Positions 38,755 through 47,774 of a stretch of 64,000 nt of DNA are shown here, one piece after another (the stretch's first letter is position 1; each line of letters starts with the position of its first letter). The notes beneath the pieces were generated by a model that had not been told where the DNA came from, did not search any database, and saw only the letters and a program-made list of their open reading frames with translations. This DNA comes from Myxococcales bacterium (GTDB taxonomy: Bacteria > UBA10199 > 2-02-FULL-44-16 > JAAZCA01), in NCBI GenBank assembly GCA_012513515.1, contig JAAZCA010000036.1, positions 9,045 to 73,044 on the forward strand. The letters are read 5' to 3'. The position numbers and the translations under genes were made by a program.

Positions 38755-39225
38755 ATGAAGAGACTCTTTTTTGCGGTGATCTTTGTTGTATCTGCTATCG
38801 CTGCGACACAGCTCTTTGCGCAGCAGAAGATGACGGTTGAGGTGCGTGAGGTTATGGTGAAGACGAGTCCTAATTATCTCGCCCAGTCTTCGGGAAAGCT
38901 CTCCTACGGCACCGAGGTAAATGTCATCGGCGAGGAGGGGAGTTGGATCAGGATTTCTTCACCATCCGGATATCTTCCGAAGAGCTCGGTTACCAAGAAG
39001 TCGATTCCCAAAAATCCTGACCAGAAATATGCTGGTGGAAGCGTCAAGCACGACGAGGTGGCGCTGGCCGGAAAGGGTTTCAACCCCCAGGTCGAGGCGC
39101 AGTACAAGAAAAACAATGCGCAGATGGCTGTGGCATTTTCAAGCGTAGACAAGATCGAAAAATTAGGATCCAGCGAGGCTGAGCTTCGCGCGTTTCAATC
39201 GGCAGGAAAATTGAAGCCAAGATGA
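38755..39225 (+). CDS. small secreted protein, bacterial SH3-like domain
   Basis: Signal peptide; 'GSWIRISSPSGYLPKS' SH3b-like beta segment. Confidence 0.4.
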   Translation: MKRLFFAVIFVVSAIAATQLFAQQKMTVEVREVMVKTSPNYLAQSSGKLSYGTEVNVIGEEGSWIRISSPSGYLPKSSVTKKSIPKNPDQKYAGGSVKHDEVALAGKGFNPQVEAQYKKNNAQMAVAFSSVDKIEKLGSSEAELRAFQSAGKLKPR

Positions 39226-39292
39226 TTCGTATTAATCCGATCTTTTTGATGCGATGGAAAATTAATTCAGACCAAAAACAAGAGGTGATGGC

Positions 39293-40159
39293 ATGAAAAA
39301 GACATTTTTGATAGCAGCCATGCTCATGATTGTTATCCCAGCGATGTCGAGCGCGCAGGACTTGGGGAGAATAATAAGTTCTTCAATCGGAGGAATTCAG
39401 CAGATAGCCGAGGCTTCGAAAGACATCACTCCATCCGAGGAGCACTACATCGGGAGGGCGGTGGCCGCCACGATCATTTCCAAATATCCGCTGCTTCAAA
39501 ATCCGGCGCTCAACAGCTATCTGAACAGGGTGGGATTGCTTGTAGCGGCAGCTTCGGAAAGGCCGGAAACCTATGGTGGGTATCATTTCGCCGTTCTAAC
39601 TAGCGATGAACCAAACGCTTATGCCTGCCCCGGCGGAATAATTCTGGTGAACCAGGGACTGCTCAAACAAATAAAAAACGAGGATCAGCTCGCGGCGATT
39701 CTCGCTCACGAGGTCGCGCACGTCGCTCACAGGCATGGAATCAGAGCGATTAAAAAATCGCGTTGGACCAAATTCGGGTTTTACGTCGCAGGCGAGGTTG
39801 GAAGCCAGTACACATCCGACCAGCTTGGCCAGCTTGCGCAGGAGTTTCAAAATGTCGTGATGGATGTTGCGAAGAAAGTCATGGAATCCGGGTACAGCAA
39901 GGGAGATGAGAAAGACGCAGATTCAAGCGGGATGCGCTTTGCCTGGGCCGCCGGTTATAATCCCGGCGAGATGATAGAATTCATCGAGGCGGAGGCACAA
40001 GCAGGGAAAGGTCATCCTGTCGGCCCATTTTCTTCCCATCCGAAACCAGCTGACAGAGTTGCATCCCTCAAGAGGGAACTTTCAGGGCTTTCTCCGACAG
40101 GAAAAACCGAAAAAGTAAGAACTTCGAGATATGTGGCTGCAGTAGGCAATGTGAAATAG
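39293..40159 (+). CDS. M48-family zinc metallopeptidase (BepA/Ste24-like), secreted
   Basis: Signal peptide; 'LAAILAHEVAHVAHRH' HExxH motif typical of M48; downstream glutamate-containing segment. Confidence 0.75.
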   Translation: MKKTFLIAAMLMIVIPAMSSAQDLGRIISSSIGGIQQIAEASKDITPSEEHYIGRAVAATIISKYPLLQNPALNSYLNRVGLLVAAASERPETYGGYHFAVLTSDEPNAYACPGGIILVNQGLLKQIKNEDQLAAILAHEVAHVAHRHGIRAIKKSRWTKFGFYVAGEVGSQYTSDQLGQLAQEFQNVVMDVAKKVMESGYSKGDEKDADSSGMRFAWAAGYNPGEMIEFIEAEAQAGKGHPVGPFSSHPKPADRVASLKRELSGLSPTGKTEKVRTSRYVAAVGNVK

Positions 40160-40238
40160 TTTCTTGCGGTGAAACGCTGCCAGCTATTGTGCTTTTTCCG
40201 CCGGATGCTGATCCCATCCTCTAGTCCGATATAGATTT

Positions 40239-41870
40239 TTATTTGCAGAAAACATTCGCAGCTTTTGAGTCGTATCTATATATGTCCCTGCGAAAGTGAC
40301 TTCCATCCTCATCCGCCCATGCAGTCAGATATATTATGTGTATAGGTAACTTTTCGGGAAGAGAGACCATCTGTTCTTTACCGCTCTTTGAAGCTTTTTC
40401 GATGCGATCTCGTTCCCACTTTTTTGTCGGTGAAAGCAGATATTCCGCCAGGTCCAGTGGTTTTTCAATTCTTATGCATCCGTGGCTGAATGCGCGCACA
40501 TCATGTGCGAAAAGAGTTCTTGTGGGTGTGTCGTGAAGATAGACGTTATCCTTGTTAGGAAAAAGGAATTTTATTCCGCCTAGCGCATTTCCAGCTCCGG
40601 GATCCTGAACGAAGTTATATTCAAAGTTGTCTGCGGTCACTGAGTTCCAGTCATAATTTTCGTAATCGATCTCAACTCGTTCCTTCCCGCTTCCGCTGTA
40701 AACACGCATACCGCGTTTGCGAAAAAGTTCGGGGTCTTCCCTCAGCTTACCAAGCTCTTCCTTTACCGCTATAGAGTGTGGCACGTGCCACTTGGGGCTC
40801 ATTACTATGAATTCCATCTCGTCAGACATGATGGGGCTCTTGTCCTTGTAGGTGCCAACGATCGCTCTCATGGAGAGGGCCTTTTTGCCGCGTTCGAATA
40901 AATCCAGTTCAAATCCTGGAATATTTACAACGAGATATTTATTACCGGCGAGGAGTATGTCGTATGCTCTCAGCCTGTCCATGTTCATTTGAATCTGGCA
41001 TATTCTCTCTTCGACTGTTGCGCCTAGCATCTCAATAGTTATCTTGCCGGCGATTCCATCCTCGTTTAGGCCGTATATCCTTTGAAAGGACCTTACCGCC
41101 TCAGCGACTGCCTCGTCATATAGATCCTCATCTTCAGGCGGCACCTTAGGAAGCCGGGCTGCGGCGGATAGCCTCTTTCTGAGATCGATCACGAATGGGT
41201 GCCGTGTTCCTGTTTCCAGCTTTGTATTTTGGGGAAGGTTTGGAAATGGTGGCAGGGTCGGCCATCCACCATCAGTTGCGGATTTTCTGTATTTTTGAAG
41301 AAGATCGCGCAGCATCAGGTACCGGACCGACTTTGGTTTTAGCTGGTCCAATGATTTCCTGACGGAGTTCCGTCCCTCAGCTACCTCTGAGAGCAGCCAC
41401 GACGGATCTGCCCCTTCCGGCTTTGAAAACCAGACGGGTTTCATGCTTTTCACATCCATCAGCCCATTGGAGAGATGGGAGGCGAGCATGAAGTAAGCGT
41501 CGGTAAATAAAAGTTCCAACTCGGTGGAACTTTCCGGCTTGCCGGATAGCTCCTCTATTTTGCCGCGGTGATAAAATTCTGGACGGAGTCCCTCCAGATA
41601 AATCGAGTCGATGGCATTTACCAGTTCCCTTGCGCTTGAGTTGTTCTTTCCATTCTTCGTCCACACCGGCGCAAAATTTCGCGATTCGTAAAAAGGCTTC
41701 ATCTGTGAATATGAGCGAAGTTCCTCACCAGCGGCCCTGTTCGTCCGCAGTGCCGCCTTGATCGCGGCATTTTCCCGAGGGGTTTCAATTGCTACTTCCG
41801 ATGAGGCAACGTAAGGGTGGACCGATGTCAGGGTAAATACCAAGACTAAGAAAAACAGTAGTTTTTTCAT
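40239..41870 (-). CDS. L,D-transpeptidase, YcbB/LdtD-like with peptidoglycan-binding region
   Basis: YkuD catalytic motif 'SHGCIRI' near C-terminus; signal peptide; size (543 aa) like E. coli YcbB. Confidence 0.75.
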   Translation of the reverse strand: MKKLLFFLVLVFTLTSVHPYVASSEVAIETPRENAAIKAALRTNRAAGEELRSYSQMKPFYESRNFAPVWTKNGKNNSSARELVNAIDSIYLEGLRPEFYHRGKIEELSGKPESSTELELLFTDAYFMLASHLSNGLMDVKSMKPVWFSKPEGADPSWLLSEVAEGRNSVRKSLDQLKPKSVRYLMLRDLLQKYRKSATDGGWPTLPPFPNLPQNTKLETGTRHPFVIDLRKRLSAAARLPKVPPEDEDLYDEAVAEAVRSFQRIYGLNEDGIAGKITIEMLGATVEERICQIQMNMDRLRAYDILLAGNKYLVVNIPGFELDLFERGKKALSMRAIVGTYKDKSPIMSDEMEFIVMSPKWHVPHSIAVKEELGKLREDPELFRKRGMRVYSGSGKERVEIDYENYDWNSVTADNFEYNFVQDPGAGNALGGIKFLFPNKDNVYLHDTPTRTLFAHDVRAFSHGCIRIEKPLDLAEYLLSPTKKWERDRIEKASKSGKEQMVSLPEKLPIHIIYLTAWADEDGSHFRRDIYRYDSKAANVFCK

Positions 41871-41907
41871 CCCGGCGATAATAGCGAATTTTTGAGGAGT
41901 TGTCTAT

Positions 41908-42609
41908 CTAGCGGCGTCTTCCAAGGAGGCGAAGCAGCATCAAAAAGAGATTTATGAAATCCAGGTAGAGTCGAAGGGCTCCGATTATCGCCCCTTTCTG
42001 TTCCTCGCTGCTTTCGGGGTTAAGAAACCTCGCCATCTGCTTTATCTTCTGTGCGTCATAGGCGGTAAGCCCTACGAATACGAGCACGCCTATGTAAGTA
42101 GTAGCTGTGTAGATGAATGTGCTTTTTACGAAGATATTTACCACCGAGGCTATGATGATGCCTATGAGCCCCATGAATGCCAGGTTGCCCATGCTGGTGA
42201 GATCCTTCTTCGTCAAGTAGCCGTAAAAGCTCATAGCGCCAAACGTGCCTGCGGTTATCACGAAAGTGGAAGTCAGGGATTCATGCGTGTACACGAGAAA
42301 TATCGATGAAAGAGTTATGCCGGTGAGGGCAGAGTAGAGGAAGAACATCGCCGTGGCGACCGTTGTGGATAGCTTGTTTATCGCCGCTGAAAGACCTATG
42401 ACGAGTCCCAGCTGGGCTATGACGAGGATCATTAGTGTGCCGGGGCTTTGGAATATCCTCCGAAGCAGCGCTTCGTTGGAGACCACGTAATACGATACGA
42501 AGCCCGTTGTCAGCAGCGCCGCGCACATCCATCCGTAGACCTTTGTGACAAATCTCTGTACCGACGATTTGGATTCCTCCTGAGATCCGGCAAATGCTTG
42601 ATAGTCCAT
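41908..42609 (-). CDS. Bax inhibitor-1/YccA family inner membrane protein
   Basis: Seven TM helices, N-terminal 'MDYQAF...VQRFVTKVYGWM' typical of YccA/BI-1. Confidence 0.75.
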   Translation of the reverse strand: MDYQAFAGSQEESKSSVQRFVTKVYGWMCAALLTTGFVSYYVVSNEALLRRIFQSPGTLMILVIAQLGLVIGLSAAINKLSTTVATAMFFLYSALTGITLSSIFLVYTHESLTSTFVITAGTFGAMSFYGYLTKKDLTSMGNLAFMGLIGIIIASVVNIFVKSTFIYTATTYIGVLVFVGLTAYDAQKIKQMARFLNPESSEEQKGAIIGALRLYLDFINLFLMLLRLLGRRR

Positions 42610-42674
42610 ATCTCCCTCCACTTAAGTACAGACATTAGGATAGGTATAATGCGGATATGAAACAAGTGGCGCGG

Positions 42675-43142
42675 CTATTCTGTGTCTGGCTGAATAATCT
42701 TCAGTTCCACTCGCCTGTTCTGTTCCCTCCCTGCGGCAGTGCTATTTGAAGCTACAGGGTTCTTCTCTCCAAAGCCTACGATCTGCATCCTGTCAGTTTC
42801 TATGCCATTGTCGATCATGTAATTGAATACGGTTGTGGCGCGGCGAACCGAGAGAACTTGGTTGTACTCGTCGCTGCCGATGCTGTCGGTATGACCTTCT
42901 ATCGAAATGACGAGTTTTTTATCCTTCTTCAAAAGTTCGATGTCCTCGGAAAGTATCTTAATGCCATCCTTGCGGAGCTGATATTTATCGAAGTCGAAGT
43001 GGACCCCTCTCAGGGTGGTTACCTTGACGACTTTGCCGCAGTATTTGCAGCGGGCTTCCATCTTCTGGCAGCCCATGTAAAATGCCCCGAGTACCGCTAC
43101 TGCAGCCATAAGCACTAAAGCTCTTTTCATCGCGCCCTCCAT
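42675..43142 (-). CDS. OmpA-family peptidoglycan-binding lipoprotein (Pal-like)
   Basis: C-terminal OmpA domain 'VISIEGHTDSIGSDEYNQVLSVRRATTV...RRVEL'. Confidence 0.8.
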   Translation of the reverse strand: MEGAMKRALVLMAAVAVLGAFYMGCQKMEARCKYCGKVVKVTTLRGVHFDFDKYQLRKDGIKILSEDIELLKKDKKLVISIEGHTDSIGSDEYNQVLSVRRATTVFNYMIDNGIETDRMQIVGFGEKNPVASNSTAAGREQNRRVELKIIQPDTE

Positions 43143-43375
43143 TTAGTTCAATTTTATGCCCTGCCGGTGGCACCTGGCGGCCTTCCGGTGGGTGCGGAGA
43201 GGTATTCCAATCTTTTGTTTAGAATTCAACCGTTAATTTGACTTTGAGGGGCTTTTGTCGATTTTATGGCGATCCCGGGGAGGCCCGCTGATCAGCGCAG
43301 ATAGGGGCTTTACAGCCGAATTTTCATGGTCTATAGCCGAAATGTATAGGCTTGGAGAGCAAAAGGGGGGGAGAT

Positions 43376-45028
43376 ATGAATAGATTTGCCCTTGTAGCGG
43401 TTGCCGCTGTTTTCATCTTTGGAGCGGCTGCGTCCGCCTCCACAGGTATGGAGGATCTCATGACCGTGAAAACCCAGCTGGACAAGTTTTCTCCCGTCAC
43501 GATCAAGGTCGATTCCAAACTCCTCGATGCCAGACAGAAAAAGATGGTCAAGGAGCTTGTTGCTGCCGCGGATTACATTGACAAGATCTTCCTGATGCAG
43601 GTCTATGAAAACAACTATGAGATCAAAAAGAAACTCGAGGCATCGAAAGGCAAAAAATCTGCCCTGCTGGAATATTTCAAAATAAATTACGGCCCTTTCG
43701 ACAGGCTCGATCACGATAAACCTTTTGTCGAAGGGGTAGGATTCAAGCCGCTTGGTGCCAATTTCTATCCCTCGGATATGACCAAAGATGAGTTCGAAAA
43801 GTGGTTGAAGAAGCATCCGAAAGACAGGCCTGCCTTTGAGAGCAATTTTACGGTGATAAAACGGGATGACAAAAGATTGATCGCCGTTCCCTATTCGGTG
43901 GAATACAAAGATTTCCTTGAGCCCGCGGCGGACCATCTTCGCAAAGCGGCCAAATATGCGGATAATGCGACGTTGAAAAAATATCTACTCAGCCGCGCAG
44001 ATTCGTTTTTGTCGAACGATTACTACCAAAGCGATGTCGATTGGGTCCGTATGAAAGATCACGATATCGAGGTCGTGATAGGGCCGTACGAGGTCTATGA
44101 AGATTCCCTTTTCGGATACAAGGCCGCCTTTGAGGCCTTTGTAACGCGCGTTGATCCCAAGGAGAGCGAGAGGCTTGCCAAGGTCGTTGCCTATATGGGC
44201 GACCTCGAAAAAAATCTTCCAATCGACGACAGGTACAAGGGGCTAGGGCGTAATCTCGAATCGCCGATAATCGTCGCTCAGGAGATATACACCGCTGGCG
44301 ATACAAGAGCCGGCGTGCAGACCCTCGCCTTCAACCTCCCCAACGATGAACGCGTCCGTAAGGAGGAGGGGAGCAAAAAGGTGATGCTTAAGAACGTCCA
44401 GACGGCGAAATTCAACAAGGTTCTGATCCCTATTGCTAAAAAAGTTCTCGATCCGAAGGATGTGGCAAATGTCGATTACGAGGCGTTCTTTGCGCATACG
44501 CTACTCCACGAAGTTTCCCACGGAATAGGGCCCGGGGAGATTGTAAAAAATGGAAGAAAGACAACCGTCAATAAGGAGCTCAAGGAGCTATACTCGGTAA
44601 TAGAGGAGGCCAAGGCTGATGTCCTTGGTGCCTATAACAACGTCTATCTCACGAAGAAGGGGCTCTACGAGAAAAACTTCATCGATGTGATATGGCCCAC
44701 CTATCTAGCCGGGATGTTTCGCTCGGTCCGCTTCGGAATAAACGAGGCGCATGGCGGGGCCAACGCCATTCAGTTCAGCTATCTATTGGACAAGGGGGCC
44801 GTGAAGTATAATGAGAAGACTGGGCTCTTTTCTATCGACGAAACGAAGATAGATTCGGCGGTGAGGTCTCTGGCCTCAGAACTTCTCATGATCGAGGCCA
44901 GGGGTGACTACGAGTCGGCCAAAAAATTCGTAGCCAAGTACAGGAAGATGCCCGAGTCCATGAAGAATGCGATATCCAGGCTTGATTCTGTGCCGGTAGA
45001 TATAAAGCCTACCTACGCTATCAAGTAG
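43376..45028 (+). CDS. secreted zinc metallopeptidase-like protein (HExxH ... EExxAD; M49/DPP-III-like arrangement)
   Basis: Signal peptide; 'LLHEVSHGIGP' and downstream 'EEAKAD' reminiscent of DPP-III two-motif zinc site; family assignment uncertain. Confidence 0.45.
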   Translation: MNRFALVAVAAVFIFGAAASASTGMEDLMTVKTQLDKFSPVTIKVDSKLLDARQKKMVKELVAAADYIDKIFLMQVYENNYEIKKKLEASKGKKSALLEYFKINYGPFDRLDHDKPFVEGVGFKPLGANFYPSDMTKDEFEKWLKKHPKDRPAFESNFTVIKRDDKRLIAVPYSVEYKDFLEPAADHLRKAAKYADNATLKKYLLSRADSFLSNDYYQSDVDWVRMKDHDIEVVIGPYEVYEDSLFGYKAAFEAFVTRVDPKESERLAKVVAYMGDLEKNLPIDDRYKGLGRNLESPIIVAQEIYTAGDTRAGVQTLAFNLPNDERVRKEEGSKKVMLKNVQTAKFNKVLIPIAKKVLDPKDVANVDYEAFFAHTLLHEVSHGIGPGEIVKNGRKTTVNKELKELYSVIEEAKADVLGAYNNVYLTKKGLYEKNFIDVIWPTYLAGMFRSVRFGINEAHGGANAIQFSYLLDKGAVKYNEKTGLFSIDETKIDSAVRSLASELLMIEARGDYESAKKFVAKYRKMPESMKNAISRLDSVPVDIKPTYAIK

Positions 45029-45221
45029 GTTTGATGTGAGGCTCCTGGTGGGAGAGACCTTCACCCGAATTTACAGGCGATCTGTTACACTAACTTATTC
45101 CACGTCAGCTTTTGCCGATGACAGAGAGTAGATATCAGAGGGCTGCCCGCGCCAAAGGAAAGGAAGTCTGGTACGGCGACCTTGCTAGTAACGGCATCTT
45201 ATGATTTGCTGATGGGTATAG

Positions 45222-46112
45222 TTAAATTTTTATCGCCGGGGTGGATCCTGGCGGGCTCTGCTTTTTCGGAGCGTTGAGCATGATGGCTATTCCCGATCCG
45301 ACTATTATGCAGGCTCCGGCAATGGATATTGCATCCGGAATTTCAGAAAATATCAGCAATCCTGCGATGTACGATCCGATCACGAATGTGTAGTTAAAGG
45401 GCGCTATGGTCGCCGCTTGTCCGAGTTTGTAGGCCTTCGTCAGAAATATCTGGGCCAGGGATATCATTAATCCGATGAATCCTAGCAGTGCCCATTCAAT
45501 CGGTGTGGGCGGGACATATGTCGCTATTGCCATCGGAGCGCTGGCGATGGCTGTAAAAATTGTGAAATAAAGCGCGATTACCCACGATGAATCTTTTTCA
45601 TGTATCTTTCTTATGCAAATCATGGATATCGAAGATATGAAACCTGCCAGAAGTGCATAGACCGACATCGTTTGAACGATGCCGGAGGTCGGCTTCAATA
45701 TCATCAGTATGCCGGCAAAAGCCGTTATGATGAATATAAACTGTTTTCTTCCGAATGGTTCGCGCAGCAGGGGAGGCGCAAGCAGGGCGACAAATATCGG
45801 AAGGGTGTTAAATAGAGAGGCTGCGTCACCCATCTCCATGCGTACGATCGCATGGAACGACAATATCATTGCGATATATCCAAAAAACGAGCGCAAAAAA
45901 ACCATCTTTTTCGCGTTCACACGCAATGTCCTGACCCGCCAGAGCGTAGCGGGGAGGAGTATTGAGAGAGAAAAAAAACCGCGGAAGAAAAGTACTTCGA
46001 ACAGCGGGAGTCTTTGTCCTATATGTTTGACTGCGCTCCAAGCTCCTACAAAGCAGATCTGCGCCAATATCATGAGTATGATGCCGCGCCTTGTTGTATA
46101 TCTCGTTGTCAT
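45222..46112 (-). CDS. DMT superfamily transporter (EamA domains)
   Basis: Ten TM helices in 2x5 arrangement; 296 aa. Confidence 0.7.
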   Translation of the reverse strand: MTTRYTTRRGIILMILAQICFVGAWSAVKHIGQRLPLFEVLFFRGFFSLSILLPATLWRVRTLRVNAKKMVFLRSFFGYIAMILSFHAIVRMEMGDAASLFNTLPIFVALLAPPLLREPFGRKQFIFIITAFAGILMILKPTSGIVQTMSVYALLAGFISSISMICIRKIHEKDSSWVIALYFTIFTAIASAPMAIATYVPPTPIEWALLGFIGLMISLAQIFLTKAYKLGQAATIAPFNYTFVIGSYIAGLLIFSEIPDAISIAGACIIVGSGIAIMLNAPKKQSPPGSTPAIKI

Positions 46113-47035
46113 CTTATTTCAAACGCCGCACTTTCTTTTATCGCAGGCATCGATTCCGGCATCTCGCCGCAGAACCCCACAGAGATCCTGTAGCGGCCCG
46201 AGGATATTTTTTCCGGCAGATCCAGGGAGATCCCTGTCATTTCATCTATATTCTTCATCGAAACGCATTCTGCGCCAGAATTGCTCGAAAACTTTGCGCG
46301 TATGGTTTTTTTCAATTTCCATTTGTCCGATCGCGAGAGTTCCTCCAGACTGAAGTTGGGAGAGGCAGAAACGGGGAAAAGGGTTGCTCTGGTGAGTCTG
46401 ACTTTTATCGTTTCGCCGGGTTTGTATATGTCTTTGTCCAAAACTATTTCTATGAGCTTATTATCATCCGAGATGTCGGTGCCGACCCCTGAGGTGGTCT
46501 CATCCCAGAATCTCGCCGGTCCGCTATCTACATGTACTGAGGTCCCATGGTAATAGCCTGCTCCTCCGAAATTATTCTCCCTTATGAAATGCCATAGGTC
46601 TTCAGCCCGAACTCCATCTATCTTTATGTCCGCCGCCATCCCGTACTGATGGAGACTAGCCTTGGCAGCAAGTCGTCCTTTGTTTCTGAGACCGGTATTG
46701 TAAGATGGGCTTCTATATCCTGATATTATTGTGATTTTTGCCTTAGGATTGTAGTGATCTTGAATATAATCGAGATATTCTATGAATCGTGTTGAAATTT
46801 CTGATCCAGGAATTCCGTATTTGGCGGAAAAGACCGAATGTATTTTTTCCATGGCCGAGGGGTCGTAGGTGCCGTCGGCAAGCCTGTATGTTCCGTTGAA
46901 TGATATTCCATTTTTAGCTCCAACGATGTTGATTTTTCCGTCTCCTGAAAAGAAATATCGGGTTTGACCAAGACCTCTCGCAGATAGGGATGTCGCTACG
47001 AGAAGGAGGGCTGCGATGATCATTGTTTTTTTCAC
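46109..47035 (-). CDS. DUF882/YcbK-family peptidase M15-like protein (DpaA-like peptidoglycan-Lpp amidase family)
   Basis: Signal peptide; 'ISGYRSPSYN...SLHQYGMAADI' Zn-binding H/D pattern of M15/YcbK family; 4-bp overlap with upstream transporter. Confidence 0.75.
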   Translation of the reverse strand: MKKTMIIAALLLVATSLSARGLGQTRYFFSGDGKINIVGAKNGISFNGTYRLADGTYDPSAMEKIHSVFSAKYGIPGSEISTRFIEYLDYIQDHYNPKAKITIISGYRSPSYNTGLRNKGRLAAKASLHQYGMAADIKIDGVRAEDLWHFIRENNFGGAGYYHGTSVHVDSGPARFWDETTSGVGTDISDDNKLIEIVLDKDIYKPGETIKVRLTRATLFPVSASPNFSLEELSRSDKWKLKKTIRAKFSSNSGAECVSMKNIDEMTGISLDLPEKISSGRYRISVGFCGEMPESMPAIKESAAFEIR

Positions 47036-47114
47036 GCTGGCAGGATAGATTGAATGCCAGCGAAGTCAAGGAGTCTTAGGATCCCATTCTGCAAGAGTGC
47101 GCTCGATTTGATCG

Positions 47115-47582
47115 GTGGAGGTTCTCATGAAAGAAAAAACGGTTTCAATGAAGAAAAAAAAGAGAATTGCGCTCATAGCCCATGATAATAAAAAAGATAC
47201 GATACTCCAGTGGGCGAGGTTTAACAGAGAGCTTCTGGCCGAACACGAGCTGTACGGAACAGGAACTACCGGGTCCCTCATAGCCAGGGAACTTTGTCTG
47301 GGCGTGCACTGCTTCAAGAGCGGACCCCTAGGAGGGGACCAGCAAGTAGGGGCAAAAATTTCAGAAGGTGAACTCGACTGTATAATATTCTTTTGGGATC
47401 CCCTTTCACCCCATCCTCATGATGTGGATGTCAAAGCGCTTCTCAGGATCGCTGTTGTATACAATGTTCCAATTGCATGCAATCGCTCCAGCGCCGACTT
47501 CATAATATCTTCGCAGCTCATGAATGATAAATACGAAAGGATTACGCCTGACTTCGATACCCTGATTCCAGGGCATAGCTGA
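47115..47582 (+). CDS. mgsA: methylglyoxal synthase
   Basis: 'KRIALIAHDNKKD' and 'GTGTTG' MGS motifs; 155 aa. Confidence 0.85.
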   Translation: MEVLMKEKTVSMKKKKRIALIAHDNKKDTILQWARFNRELLAEHELYGTGTTGSLIARELCLGVHCFKSGPLGGDQQVGAKISEGELDCIIFFWDPLSPHPHDVDVKALLRIAVVYNVPIACNRSSADFIISSQLMNDKYERITPDFDTLIPGHS

Positions 47583-47713
47583 CAGGATGTAGTATGCGCA
47601 TTCCGGTTGTAATGGGAAGTTACAGGAAGGGTAAATGCGTCGATACGCTCGTGGAGAGAGTTGTCGGGGGCTTTCATGCGATGGCGTTATGATGGGCGAG
47701 CTCGTTCTCTTAG

Positions 47714-47741
47714 GCAAGGATGAAAAAAGCCCCCCGCAAGG
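47714..47741. terminator. bidirectional rho-independent terminator between mgsA (+) and transketolase-family gene (-)
   Basis: AAAAAAGCCCCCC-GCAA-GGGGGGCTTTT perfect GC hairpin flanked by A-run and T-run. Confidence 0.7.
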
Positions 47742-47774
47742 GGGGCTTTTAACGTCAAGCGATATTAGAAATCG

